DNA of 53,817 nucleotides from Octopus bimaculoides (Eukaryota), in contig NC_068985.1 in the NCBI RefSeq assembly GCF_001194135.2, forward strand, positions 6,307,362 to 6,361,178, given 5' to 3'. Every line of letters begins with the position of its first letter. Position 1 is the first letter of the stretch. Below the pieces are notes generated by a model. It was not told where the DNA came from, did not search any database, and saw only the letters and a program-made list of their open reading frames with translations. A program made the translations under genes and the position numbers. Positions 1 to 12,840 of the stretch are shown here, one piece after another.

Positions 1-40
<40 letters not shown>

Positions 41-462
41 GTGTGTGTGTGTGTATGTGTGTGTCTCCATGGTTTTATTAATAACTGTATTCCACGATAG
101 ATATAGACGCTTAGAGAGTGTTCCTGAGTGGGGTGAGTGATACATAAATGGGTAAAGAGTGGTCACTGGATATATAAATACTAATATATGTAGTTATGGA
201 TGCATGTACTTAGCCTCATGCCATCATATGTGCCAGTTCAATGTGAAAATGTGATCTTCATATTCGTTTTAAGGTTAATGTCCTTCTTGTTTGTATGACA
301 GCTTCGTCTTTGACAGATATGGTATCTATCGATTCTTTAGCTTATAATATGAATATTACAATCGATCTACCAAATTTCGATGCCCGTTTCCACTATTCGT
401 TCTTTTAATCTTATGTTGTTAGGAAATGTAGATTGACATCAAATTTAAAAAGATATTTCAAT

Positions 463-715
463 GGGAGTGTAGTAAGAATTTGCTTCACAATCACCTGGTT
501 CCTGGCTCAGTCCCAATGCGTGGCACCTTGAGTAAGTGTCTTGTACTATAGCTTCGGGTTCACAATATGACCCCGTAACTTAGCAGTTCCTCAAAATAAA
601 AAAAACAACAACGATAGAATACCAGGCTCAAACAAAAATAAGTACTGATCTCGATTTATTTTTCTAGGTGGTGCCCCAGTATGGCCGCAATCTACTGACT
701 GAAAGAAGATATAAG
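463..715 (+). mobile_element. tRNA-derived SINE, family B, internally shortened copy
   Basis: Head GTGTAGTAAGAATTTGCTT...CTCAGTCCCAATGCGTGGCACCTTGAGTAAGTGTCTT and tail CCCCGTAACTTAGC...AAGTACT...CCCCAGTATGGCCGCA match the family B copies at 9755-10140, 11590-12040 and 13185-13590; the CA-rich middle is missing. Confidence 0.75.
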
Positions 716-1108
716 AGAAGATAAAATTCGATATGCATAATATATCAATCGTCTAATATTTATAAATTATATTTAATTTTATATGAAGTATATGATAATT
801 TATCAACTATCAAATAAAAATGGAAGTTAATCGTAAACACTAATGTCTTCATGCATTCCTCTTTATATCCCTTCTCGTGTCTATAACCATCTACGTGTCT
901 CGAAGCTTCATGCTGATATGAGTGGAAGAGGAAGTTATGAATCCTGAATAGTCCCATATTGTCCAACCGTCAAGTTTCTATGCAATTTTCCAACTGCTAA
1001 ACACAGCTGGAAATGACCGACCAAACATAACTTTCCTAAAAACTAGATACGTATTAGATATTTTTTCATGTTTATGAAAGTTATTTACATTTGTTGTTTT
1101 ATGTATTA

Positions 1109-1202
1109 GGCGTATAATGCCTGTATGTTAAACAAATCCTGTCTCAGTACGTAACTTCGGATTCAAGGCCATTGTACAGTACACTTGGCAAGTGTCATCT
1201 CT
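1109..1202 (+). mobile_element. Degenerate family B SINE head fragment
   Basis: GGATTCAAGGCCATTGTACAGTACACTTGGCAAGTGTCAT resembles the family B B-box region. Confidence 0.45.
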
Positions 1203-3042
1203 AAAACCATGCTTACGATTGAAATCCAAAATGCTGAAACATTAAAAAATAGTCGTGTGGAGAGTTTTATCTTCTGCATGGTAGATTTAAACTGCTACAT
1301 AGAGCAAAATGATCTCCTTCGCCTTGTTCATCTTTACTGGAGTTCAGTCTGTTGCAAACAAACACTTCAGGTCTCCGGTCGGGGGAAAACTTATGACACG
1401 CAATCTCGGTATATGCTCCACCGCAAGAAAACCCATGAGAAAAGATATATCAAAATACACTGTAATGGTAAGAATAGACGCCAGTCAATGAAGAAGGATA
1501 CGGGTACTCTGGGAAAAATATTTCATAGAAATCTGGAATCCCAAACTCATTGGAGTACTTATCTTTTGCTACTTCTCGGACAAGTTATCTGTAATTATCT
1601 TGGCTGCGTTTTAAATAGATCTCTGAGTGAAATGTTTAGATAAATTTAGGATAAATTATCATATCTCTGATATGGAATTAAGTTTAATTTATAAACACCG
1701 CATGGTAATTTGCTAACCTTAAGATTCGAAAGGGAGGATCTATATGACAAGAAATTATTTAATTGAAGTTTCATAAAAATTGATTGAATAGAAACAGTAA
1801 TAAATACGAAAGTTCTTTAATGAATTTCTTGATGTGAAGTAGCAAACCAGACACCATGTCTGGAATAACTGATTCTTCTAGCCAGAACAAGTCAAAGTTG
1901 AGGAAAACGTGATATATCACTTAACAAATAGGGCAACAGAAACTGACCTTCCATTAATTTCGTGTATGTTTGTCATATTTTCGCAGGGGGAAAAAAAAAA
2001 ACTATTGAAAATATTTCAAGCTACTCATAATACGTGTTCCCTAAAGTGCTATCTATCGTCTGATAGTGGTTCACAGTGTCGATCTCTCTCCACAAATCTA
2101 TTTTTCCCTGTCCTCCCTCTTTATTTTTGTTTGTCTACCCGTTTGCCTGTATGTTTGTTTCTCCTTTCTGTTTTACGCACGCACACACACACACATATAT
2201 GTATGTATGTATGTTTTTAAGTACGTAAACAAAGAAACCTTTTAATATATAACAATTTCCTGCTTGTCATTCAAATATTTTCTATAGAAGACACACACGT
2301 GAAGCATACTTATGAGGGAGAGTAAAAAAGTAATTGCTTTAATAATTGATTATCTGTTTTCGCAGTGTGTATACGTCTTTATTGGTTGAATATTAGTCTC
2401 ACTACCGCGACTGATATTGTTTGCTGGCGCTTAGTTTCGTCGTTTTTCTTACATTAACTTATGATTATATATTTTGACAAGTTCACAACTATATTTTAAC
2501 CCTCGAATGAGGATAAACATTACGCAACAGAACAAAGCACAACAAAAATCAGTGGGCCGATGTAAACCTCTGCATATTGAAATCGGCTCCCCAGAAACTT
2601 TAGATTGTTGAACGATTTTACTAAAACGTGTCTATAATAGTATGAAGGGGAAAACAGCATTGATTCCAGCATTGATAATTATATTTTCTAATTATATTTT
2701 CATTTAATTCATTCTTTCCAATAATTTAATACTCTTTTTGCGATATTAAATACACGCAAGAAAAGAAACAATCGCTGATGCAATTTTACAATAACCTCAT
2801 AACCATGTTTATGTTTTATCTATGTGAACATTGAAGTAATAAATGCTACATTATAAATATATTACAATGTATGATTATCTCTGACCTGATCATATGCCTG
2901 AAGTTTCTATGTCACTAAAACCTTTTCCTGACACAATGTATTGTCAAATATAGACATATCGTAACTACTTACACAAGTAGATTGCATTTCCGGTTATTAT
3001 AGCATTTAAAAAAAATTCATTTTAAATATTATTCTTATGTTA

Positions 3043-3160
3043 GTGAGCTGGCCGAGTCGTTAGCAACCATGCAAAAATACTTCGCATCATTTAGTCATTC
3101 TGTTGAAGTTGCTTTTTTCTATTATCCTTTCAGAATCGATAAAATAAGGACTGGTTCCAT
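3043..3160 (+). mobile_element. Degenerate family A SINE fragment
   Basis: GAGCTGGCCGAGTCGTTAGC head and CCTTTCAGAATCGATAAAATAAGGACTGG match the best family A copy at 17621-17833. Confidence 0.55.
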
Positions 3161-4645
3161 GTACCCTAATGATTGTATGATTGTGAGGTAATAGAAACGT
3201 ATGAACCTTAACACCACCGCATAATTCGACTAAGGAAGTCATTTATTCATCGAGTGAACATGTAATCAGAAACTATCTGGGTTTCTAGTAAGTAATATAA
3301 ATCTACACAACACCCACTGATCTCTCTCTCTCTCTCTCTCTCTTTCCTCTTATACACGCATATATATGTATGTGTGTGTGCATATGTATTTGTAATATCG
3401 CAACTAATCATAATCTAATTAATTTGGATTATGATGTTAAAAATTTTAATTAATTATTGGGATTAAATTAGTCTTCAAATACGTGATATTTTTTTTTATA
3501 TCTAACATTATTTGATAACGTCATCCATTTAAAATGGCATAAAAAAATACAAGAAGAGGAGAGCCTCACTTCAAAAGGAATTTGAAATTTCAATTTAGGA
3601 TGGCTAATGAGGAATTGAATGCCAAATTAATCTACATTTTTTTTTACGTTTTTTGGTAAGCTTATTCTTGGATTTCTGAATGGGTAATTCCATAATGAAT
3701 ATTAATCATTATGATAGCGTCCATCCGATGATTCACATTTTTAGAAAAAAACTTTTACTATTAAATATGGACATATGCGGACCAGTGTTTTAATATCTTT
3801 TCTTTGATGTTGAGTCAGAAAAATAACTGCAACTCATACATAGTTTCTCTGTTTATTGTTCATCAAGATGGCTGCATCTATTATTAAAACTAAACCGTTA
3901 ATCTTCATATTTCTATATGTAAGTTTGCGTATTTTGACTTATGCATATATGTTTATACTGACAGAGAGAATAATATTGTGTCAATGTCATATCTTCTTAA
4001 ATATCTGCTGGTATTTTAGAATATATTGCTGATTTATTAACAATAATATCGAGCAGTATGTTGGTTCAGTTCATAATAATCACTCATAACTGAACAACGA
4101 GAGCAGACTACTGATTTCTATGCCGTATATCATGTTCTACTTAAAATTACCTTGTCTCTGTTTCTTTTGTTTTAATATGTGCTGATCTGTATTGTCCGGT
4201 GCAAGGCTGAGAGGGAAATCTCATATCCGAAATACATCTTCGAGTTACAAATGGTATTTCTCCAACGATATCTCTGCTGTCTCTAGCCTAGGAATAATAC
4301 ACATATGTAAAAGTTTTTTTTTTTTAATAGAACTGTAGAAAATATGAGGGCTGTAGAAAATATGAGGACTAATTTGTTGGTTTATAATAACTGAGTATTG
4401 TTTGTAAGAATTATATCCTTCAATGGTTGATATCAAATTGTTTTTACTGACTCATAATGTCAACAAGTGCCGGTTCTTGACCCAGAAAGGCGTTAGGTAG
4501 TAGTTGTGATAACATGCCATCATCAGAACCACTGAGAAAATCTCTCATGTTGGGAAAACTATACTCTTTGTAGAAATAGCAAGAGATATTGTCAACAATG
4601 TCCGGCATAAAAAGGATTACTCACCTCAAGTTATGATGGGGCAGG

Positions 4646-4920
4646 GTCAAAGCCGATGGGTTACCCGTCTCTATTGCAGTGCTCGATTCCGTGTTCCAAA
4701 CGTAAACAGACTCAAACTGTCACCCGGAACATTCAAACTGTGCAGCATATGTATACGACGGGTTTCTTTCAGCTCCCGTCTACTAAATCCACTCACAAGG
4801 CTTTGGTTAGCTCGAGGCTATAAGTAGAAGACACTTGCCCAAGTGCCGCGCAGTGGGACTGGACCCGGAGTCACGTAGTTGGGAAACAAGCTTCTTACCA
4901 CACAGCCACTCCCGCACCTG
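4646..4920 (-). mobile_element. Family B SINE head (4747-4920) joined to a different body (4646-4746)
   Basis: 4747-4920 has GACGGGTTTCTTTCAG...CACTCACAAGGCTTTGG...GAAGACACTTGCCCAAG...CTTACCACACAGCCACTCC, the reverse of the tRNA-like head; the sequence to its left does not match the usual family B body. Confidence 0.8.
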
Positions 4921-5405
4921 TGTTTAAGATTTTAAAAGAACAAGTTTTGACAGTTCATTGCCAAGTTATGCTGTATCTCCATCTTTAAGAATGGAATTTT
5001 GTTTTATTTTAACCTATAAATAGCTAGATGACAGAGTTCCGGCACAAAACACATAAAAAGGTAATGGAAAACAAAGACTGGGGGACAGGTCGTTAAATAC
5101 CCACATATATCAATACGTACAATACTAAAACATACATAAAACATAAAAGGGTACCTCTTGCTTGTAATGTTTAGAGTACTAGTTTCATATTCTGTGTTTA
5201 TTCTATGTAACTTGAGGTAATATCCAGCCACTGAAACGGACGTTCTCCTGATTTTCTACCATTCAATGCGTAGAAACTCACTAATTATTATTGAAGCCAA
5301 ATATTTTCAACGTTGCATCGTGCATCAACTTACAAGAGGCGGAGATTGGATAAACCATTCGGCCGTGACGTTATAATTATTTCCCACAGAGAAACTGTTA
5401 TGACT

Positions 5406-5420
5406 GGGCGGCGCATGCGT
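5406..5420. promoter_or_regulatory. Adjacent GC-box (GGGCGG) and NRF1/Ewg-like palindrome (GCGCATGCGT)
   Basis: Motif match only, in non-repeat sequence within an AT-rich background. Confidence 0.2.
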
Positions 5421-5644
5421 AAGGAATTGATAATCATCATCTTATAAGTGCAACGTAACATATACATACATACACACATACACTCATACATATATACGAA
5501 CACTCACAAATTGAGAAAGACTAGCCTACATTTGTATAACCACATTTATATAAGCATATACAAACACACATACACATATATGTACACATACACTCATATA
5601 TATGTATATATACACACATATACATACACACATGCATATATATA

Positions 5645-5700
5645 NNNNNNNNNNNNNNNNNNNNNNNNNNNNNNNNNNNNNNNNNNNNNNNNNNNNNNNN
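5645..5700. other. Assembly gap
   Basis: Run of N flanked by (TA)n. Confidence 1.
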
Positions 5701-7101
5701 TATATATATATATATATATATATATGGATGCATACATACACGCGTATATATGCGTATCTCTAAAAGTGGTTTAGTTACAATGCACAACCACTTGATATTA
5801 GAGCCAACAGGCATAGAAACGCTGAACGAGTTCTGTGTATTTGTTGCTGTTCAATTAGGATATCTATTAAGGATAATGTTAATGTAACAAAGATAGCAAA
5901 GCTTTTGAATCATGAGAAATCAGTAGCATCTATTATTTTTTTTTTTATATAGGAAATGTGGCAATAACATAATAGTCTCCTTCAGAAACATTAAAACTAA
6001 ATCGTTACATTTATTAATGCAACAGTCGTGTAATACATCGCTTGAGATAGGAACAATAAAAGGCAGCTCTTCAATATGTTATATATGGTAGCCATCACAG
6101 TATTTGATGATATTCTTTAGTGACCAGAAATAGATTACACATCGTTAAAACAGCATATCAAAGCAGAACACTCTTGTGTAAATCAATTCCGTTTTAAGCA
6201 GTAATTTGTTGCTGACGCTTTATAACTCTGAATGCTAACTGTTCCAGTGTATGCTAGAGCTGTGCTGCCAACAATGCACAAAAGACTGTTCGTTTGAAAA
6301 ACTGCAATTCACTCAGTATGAAACAAGATCTACTGTTTTACTTTGCTGCCTCTTGTACCGCGACGAGGACGGCTTCTGTTTAATCTCACACATACGCACA
6401 GTTATAGAAGTTGACCTACAGAAGTTGAATATGAAGAGCAACAGTATTGATTTGACTAGTCTAGGAGTGTTTGCAAAGGTCATCAGTTCGTCTCGTCTTC
6501 TCCCATTATAAATAAAAGTTGCGTAACAAAATGGACGCAGGATATTTAAGTATGTAATGACTAATGGGTTAATTCATGATAGTCAATTAGCAAACCGTCT
6601 CGTGGTTGTGCTTAATTAAATCTTGCGCTTCATTCCATCGGTGTCATGTCGGTAATATATATCAAGTTTCCTATGGAATTATGTATATTATAGATTACGA
6701 TTCAGCTTGTAATCTCCCAAAATAGATCAGATTCTATTGATATTTGCTCGATAAACAAAGTTTTCTGACAAGAATGAAAATCGATTTCTCTTGTGTAGCC
6801 ATGTTAATTGTTTGTGTACTGAAGATTATCTAGGAAATCAGGCAAATAATTATATATCAGTTTTAATCAAATTCTAATGGAGACTGACGTAAGAAGTCAC
6901 GTGTGCTGAAGTAATCAGAGGTGGTAACGCAAACCATAAGTGCAAAACTTGAAGCAAAGGCGTTTACTGTTTACGTTAACATCCAATAGAATTGAGTTTA
7001 TGTGAGAGGGATGAAATCAAAATAAATTCAAGAGAATTAAATGAAACAGACACACACACACAAACACACACACACGCACACGTACATATATATATATTCA
7101 T

Positions 7102-7462
7102 GGCACTTCGTCGATTGCGACGACGAGGGTTCCAGTTGTTCTGATCAAGAGAACAGCCTGCTAGAGAAATTAACGTGGAAGTGGCTGCGCAATCAACAGA
7201 CAAATGTACCTTTAACGTAGTTCTCGGGATGATTCAGTGCGACACAGAGTGTGGCAATGCCTGTCCTTTGAAATATAGGTACAACAGAAACAGGAAGAAA
7301 GAATGAGAGAATGTTTTGGTGAATGAGTACAGCAGGGTTCGGCACACCCACCCTGCCGGAGCCTCGTAGAGCTTTAGGAGTTTTCACGCCCGGTTTTGGA
7401 ATCGAAACCGCGATCCTACGACCACGAGTCGGCTGCACTAACCACTGAGCCATTGCTTCTCC
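7102..7462 (-). mobile_element. tRNA-derived SINE, family C
   Basis: Near full-length match to 14068-14411 (+) and 49817-50188 (-), including the central CAGCCTGCT...GAAATTAACGTG...AAGTGGCTG block and a B-box (reverse complement GGTTTCGATTCC). Confidence 0.9.
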
Positions 7463-8046
7463 AAGCACACATCCAACAATATATATGTGTAATGCTTGCT
7501 TTGTATTTGCGTAGCTCACGATAGATCGCATTGTGAGATATTTCGAAAATAATCTGCTAATATTGCTCTTATTATGTGAAATTGCTGGAAGCAGCGTGCG
7601 GTAAATGCAGAAATTTGACTTTGCAAATATGGGGACCGTCTGTTTAGCCCGAGGTTAACCCGATAATTTTTGCTGCATGTTATTTATATACCTGCGGTTT
7701 AGTAGATAAGAGATCATGATATAATGTACTATAATATGAAAGTTATTTTTTTGGTAATTCTGGGTTGGTCAAATAGTATGAGATCAAAATTAGATGGACA
7801 TTTGAAAGGAGTTCGGGCTATTATTATTCAGTAAGGTTATTTACTCCAGTGCCGATGCTCGTTATTTTCAACGTCCAATGCTGCTTTTGAATATTTCGTA
7901 AACATTTCATCCTGTGGCACTTGAAAAAGAATCCAGAAATAGTTTACGAACGCAAATCTGGTTACTTAAAAAATAATGAAAATTCAGAAGCATTTTCTCA
8001 CAATTAAAAGCGATCGGATAAATTTAAATAAATAAGAAAAACTATA

Positions 8047-8293
8047 TACAATTAAACCTTGGGAGAGGCATTAAACCGGTAATAAACGCACGCACTGGTT
8101 TAGTCCTTTATTAATTTATATAGTTTTTTGTTAAATTATTTCATTGCACTCTTGCAATCTCTTCAGTAATAAAGGACTGAACCAGTGCGCGTGTTTATTA
8201 CCGGCATAATGCCTCTCCCAAGGTTTAATTGTATTTCTTTCAGCACACGTATCCACATCAAGAATCTTGCACACGAATTACACATAGGAAAAA
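8047..8293 (-). mobile_element. Foldback element (about 66-bp inverted arms 8047-8113 and 8167-8233, plus an asymmetric 60-bp tail) with a hammerhead-like core in the loop; probably Penelope-like-derived
   Basis: The arms are reverse complements with few mismatches. The minus strand of the loop reads CTGAAGA-G-ATTGCA-AGAG-TGCAAT-GAAA-TAATT-TAAC. Direct repeat GAAAAACTATATA at 8036-8048 and 8288-8300. Second copy at 24192-24308. Confidence 0.75.
8134..8166 (-). ncRNA. Candidate minimal type-I hammerhead ribozyme core
   Basis: CUGAAGA, extra G, perfect 6-bp stem II (AUUGCA/UGCAAU, AGAG loop), GAAA, then UA-AUU as a possible cleavage triplet; stem I is short and imperfect. Confidence 0.55.
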
Positions 8294-8545
8294 CTATATA
8301 ATCTACTTCAATTAGACATTATTTTACTTTCGCCTTTACTCCTTTCATGTATGTATACATACATGTACATATATATACTTGTATATACATATATATTTAT
8401 GCATATATTTATAAAGATTTATATATATATTAGTTTATTTATATATATCCCTATAAATATATATGTATGTGTGTGTGTATGTGTATATATACATATAAAG
8501 GGAAATAAGTACACGCGTGTGTTTATGCAACATACGTATGTTTAT

Positions 8546-8578
<33 letters not shown>

Positions 8579-9510
8579 CATGCGGGTGCACGTACACGCG
8601 CACGCGTTTGTGTAGAGTAGAAATTTCTTAAGTATAAATTATATTACGAATATGAATTTCATGTTTTAAAGATTATTTTTTTAATTCAAAGATATAAATG
8701 AAATATTCTTATATTCATATGCTAGACAGAATTTTTTGGGAAAACGTTGAATAAAATATAAAGTCTTTTGATGCAGTCGGAATGAGTTACTTTACTTTAT
8801 AAGGCTGACTGAAATTTTCTCTGGTTTTATATGCATGAAAATGATAATAACGAATATTTAATGGACGTTAGCTATTGAAATTTTTCAATGTTTTGTAGAA
8901 CCTGAATAAATGTATAAGATATTCATTATTTAGAATTTCATTAGATGATTCCAAATATTTTAACTTAGATATTCATTCATGAAGACAAAATAAGTGTTAC
9001 GAAGTTCGTTTTATGTGAAAGTTGCGCGAAAATGTTTTCACTGAGTGACAAGTATCCCCACCGTATCTCTTCTGTTTAATGGATTTCGCTGCCTGGATTA
9101 AATTTCAAATAATTCTATAATTCTGATGATTATTTTGATTTCAGCATCCATATTTCCGTTGACAATCTTGTGTCCAAATGCTAGCTAAGATTTCTATAAT
9201 ATGGCTGCTGATTTTTAAATTGTTTCTTAAATTCTTCTAAATTGATATGCTGTAATATTTGCGGAGAATTGTTGCAAAGTTATTTACTAGTTTTGTTTCA
9301 ACCTCATTTTACAACGTTATGACAGATAAACGAGATATATTATTCCTAGACTGAATTCTGTATCTGGGAAAAATAAATTTAGTAGAAAATGGATAAAAAT
9401 GTATGTGTACCAATGCATGTTGTTTGAAAGAAACAAACTATCCTATTAATGCAAATTAAATCACGAACGCCAATTTGTTTGAAAACCATGTAGTATTCTT
9501 TCCATTATTT

Positions 9511-9731
9511 GGAGACAAGGTGGCAGATCTCATTACTCCTACGTACAAAGTACTTGGTGACATTTTGTCCGTTTTTACGTTCTGAGATCAAATTCCGCCG
9601 AGGTCGCCTTTGACTTTCCTCTTTCCTGGGTCGGTAAAAGAAGTACCAGTAGAATACTGGACTACTGGAAGCGATGCGGTAGTCTTAACCCTTCCCTCCA
9701 AATTTCTGGTTTTGTGCCAAAATTTCAAACC
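9511..9731 (+). mobile_element. Family A SINE
   Basis: TACGTTCTGAGATCAAATTCCGCCGAGGTCG...AAGTACCAGT...CAAATTTCTGGTTTTGTGCCAAAATTTCAAACC. Confidence 0.85.
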
Positions 9732-9754
9732 AATATTATTTATATTCTTTTATT

Positions 9755-9999
9755 CTTTTACTTGTTTCAGTCATTTGATTGCGGCCATACTGGAGTACCA
9801 CCTTTAGTCGAACGAATCGACCCCCACGACATATTCTTTGTAGGTGTAATACTTATTCTATTAGTCACTTTTGCCGAACTAAGTTACAGAGGCGTAAACA
9901 CACCAACATCGGTTGTCAAGCGATGGTAGGGCGACAAACACAGACACACACACGCACACGCACACATACACACACACACTCACACACACTCAGACACAC

Positions 10000-10031
<32 letters not shown>

Positions 10032-10140
10032 GCAACGGCCTTCATTCAGTTTCCGTCAACCAAAGTCATTCACAAGGCTTTGGTCGACCCGGGGCTATAG
10101 TAGGAGATACTTGCTCAAGGTACCACGCAGTTGTAGAGCT
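9755..10140 (-). mobile_element. Family B SINE with internal CA microsatellite
   Basis: TTACTTGTTTCAGTCATTTGATTGCGGCCATACTGGAG...(CA)n...CACAAGGCTTTGGTCGACCCGGGGCTATAG...GGTACCACGCAG; lies tail-to-tail with the family A copy. Confidence 0.9.
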
Positions 10141-11159
10141 ACAGATCAGACTCTACTGGTATATTTAATGTGTACATCACGTCATACCCATGAAGGATTT
10201 GTTTTTCGTTTTTACTGCAGAACAGTAAAAGCTGCTGATGTCGCCGAAATCAGTCAAACTTAATTTTATTGTTGTATACTTCATATTTTACATTAATAAC
10301 TGCGGCCTATTTTTCTTTGACGTCTTACTCTGAATGAAAATTGGTTTGTGACATGAGACTGGAAGGCCATTTAGTGAATTTGTCCTCGTTGTTCCATGCG
10401 ACGCCCTCGCATAATTTCCGTTATTCACTGAAAACCGCCGTTAGCTGAATCTTCACAACTTTCATATCTTGACTTCTGTCTATATGATACTTCTATCTTT
10501 CATGAAAGACGGTAGGTTGGCGAGTATGACGCTTGCGCCAGAAAATCATACGGAAAATCCGATGTCGTCGCTATGTTTAATTTCAATCTGCCATTTCTTG
10601 TAACTGATAAATTTTGATGGGAAGATTGAAGATTGTTATTATTTGTTGATTTTGAGTTATGTTTCTCTAAATCACGTTTCTCAGGCGTGTATAAATTTGG
10701 TTGGATCTAGAAAAACTCGTTTTATCTTCCAACTATATACCCAAGTGTATATAATGAGAGCACCAAAGTTACTGGATCGTTAAATCCATTCTTCGAGCCA
10801 GCGTTCAATCTGTCTGGTCGGTAGATCGCATCTATTTGCTGGCGTGTCAGCAACGGTAGTATTTATAGAGATCTTTCATAATCTGCCACGTCTGTAGCGC
10901 ATCCACAGGAAATGTTACACATGTTGTGAGTATCGAAATCCTTGCCTAGAACTTGGCACATATGATGTCATATCAGAAGGTGGAGTAGAAATTTTCTGCG
11001 CTATCAGCCATCGTATTGTTTGGCGGTTTACGATGTGAGCGATGTAACTGATCGTAATGTTTCCGTTTTGATACATACTTAGGAATCTGAAAAAAAAGAA
11101 GTATTTCAGTCACTGAATGTCTTTGTTAATGATGAGTAAGAAATTTATGATCGTAACGT

Positions 11160-11270
11160 GATACGAATATCTTTGTTAACGATGACTGGGAAATGTGATA
11201 CGAATATCTTTATTAATGATGAATGGGAAATGTGATAGGAATATCTTTGTTAACGATGAATGGGAAAATT
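11160..11270. repeat. Minisatellite, 37-bp unit x3 (partial fourth unit near 11116-11146)
   Basis: GATACGAATATCTTTGTTAACGATGACTGGGAAATGT repeated with 2-4 substitutions per unit. Confidence 0.85.
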
Positions 11271-11589
11271 ATGAGAATCATCTCCTTGGTGCGTGGACTC
11301 TGTGTGATTAGTGTGATTCAAGTGACACAGATGTGATAAGGTTGATCATTCGTATTAAAGTTACGACTCATTTTTGTCAGCTTCGTGAAGTAGATCGACG
11401 AAAATAATGTGTCTTGCTCAAGGACAGAACCCGCCTGGAATCAAAGTCTCAAGTATAATCAGTAAGCAAGTGGATGCAGGATGACATATTAGATGACTTA
11501 GTGCAGTCATAAATAGGTTTGCGTGACTCCTTGACACGTTATTTCACTACATTTTGCACAATGTTCTACTGCAATACAACGTTTTCTAT

Positions 11590-12040
11590 CCAGTACACCG
11601 CATTTGACAGCGGCCATGCCCAGTCAAACCCTTGAAGAATTTTTAGTCAAATGAAATGACCCCCGTACTTATATTTATCTAAGCTTGGTACTTATTCTAT
11701 CGGTATTTTTAACCGAGCCGCTAGGTTACTAGCAGGTAAACACATCACCAGCAGTGGTGGGAGACAAATATAGAAACAAAGACACACACACAGGCATCCT
11801 CCATGCACAAACACATACAGACACATACACATACTAACAGACACGCGCGCAAAATATACACACACATACACATATATACATACGACGGGTTTATTTTAGT
11901 TTCCTTCTACAAAAGCCACTCGTAAGGATTTAGACGGCCTGAGGATTTAGCAAAAGACACTTACCCAAGTTGCCAGAAAGTGAGATTGAACTTAGAAACA
12001 TGTGGGATGGAAGGAAGCTTCTAATCACTCAGTGGCACCT
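11590..12040 (-). mobile_element. Family B SINE, diverged full-length copy
   Basis: GCGGCCATGCCCAG...GGTACTTATTCTATCGG...CGACGGGTT...AAGACACTTACCCAAG...CTTCTAATCACTCAG. Confidence 0.85.
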
Positions 12041-12840
12041 ACGCGTAATGCGTTAACCGTCCGACATGCGAAACCATATAGCCGTGTTTTGAGCAACCCA
12101 ACCATACTGTCTGTTAATCCTATTCCACCAAGTGTATATGATTATTGTTCGTACTTGTTTCATATTGATGACATTTGCATACGTCTGGGAAAATGGCAGT
12201 TGCTTGTATAAAGATACGGCAAACTTTTATGGGCCACGAACACACGCACGTACTCAAGTATACTCATGCACCAAAGTATTACCATAAACATACATAACAT
12301 TAAATTATATTTAACTGATAAGGTAGGCAGTTTTACAAGCAATAATATACCATATAACCTCAGTTCAAACACTCGAATGTGCAGGGAAATATTTACCAGC
12401 GATTTAAACAATTACTTTATTTCTATTTTCCTAGGGTGCTAATGGAATAAGATATTCTATCGATAACTGTAAATTAGTTGAAAATTAATGAATAAATCTA
12501 TCTTAAACTTTTCAAAAGATTTCAAAGTTACATAAGTGGTTTAATAATTAGAGTTTCAATTATTGCTTATCAATTAATGCTCATACACATATATACATAG
12601 ATACATGCATGCTTACATACACCATATAAAAGAATATATAATGACCACGCAAATATAATTAAGCATATAAAAATATATAATTAATATATTTAAGCATATG
12701 TATATATTTATATATACAAATGTGTATACTAGCTTACATACATACATTTGTATACATACATTTGTATATATATATATATATATATATGTAAAGAGAGAGA
12801 GAGAGAGACATACACACACACACATATATATATATATATA

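Noticed and set aside
1185-1643. 152-aa ORF, the longest repeat-free ORF
   Set aside because: Begins inside a SINE head fragment at a non-ATG start; no recognisable domain or splice signals.
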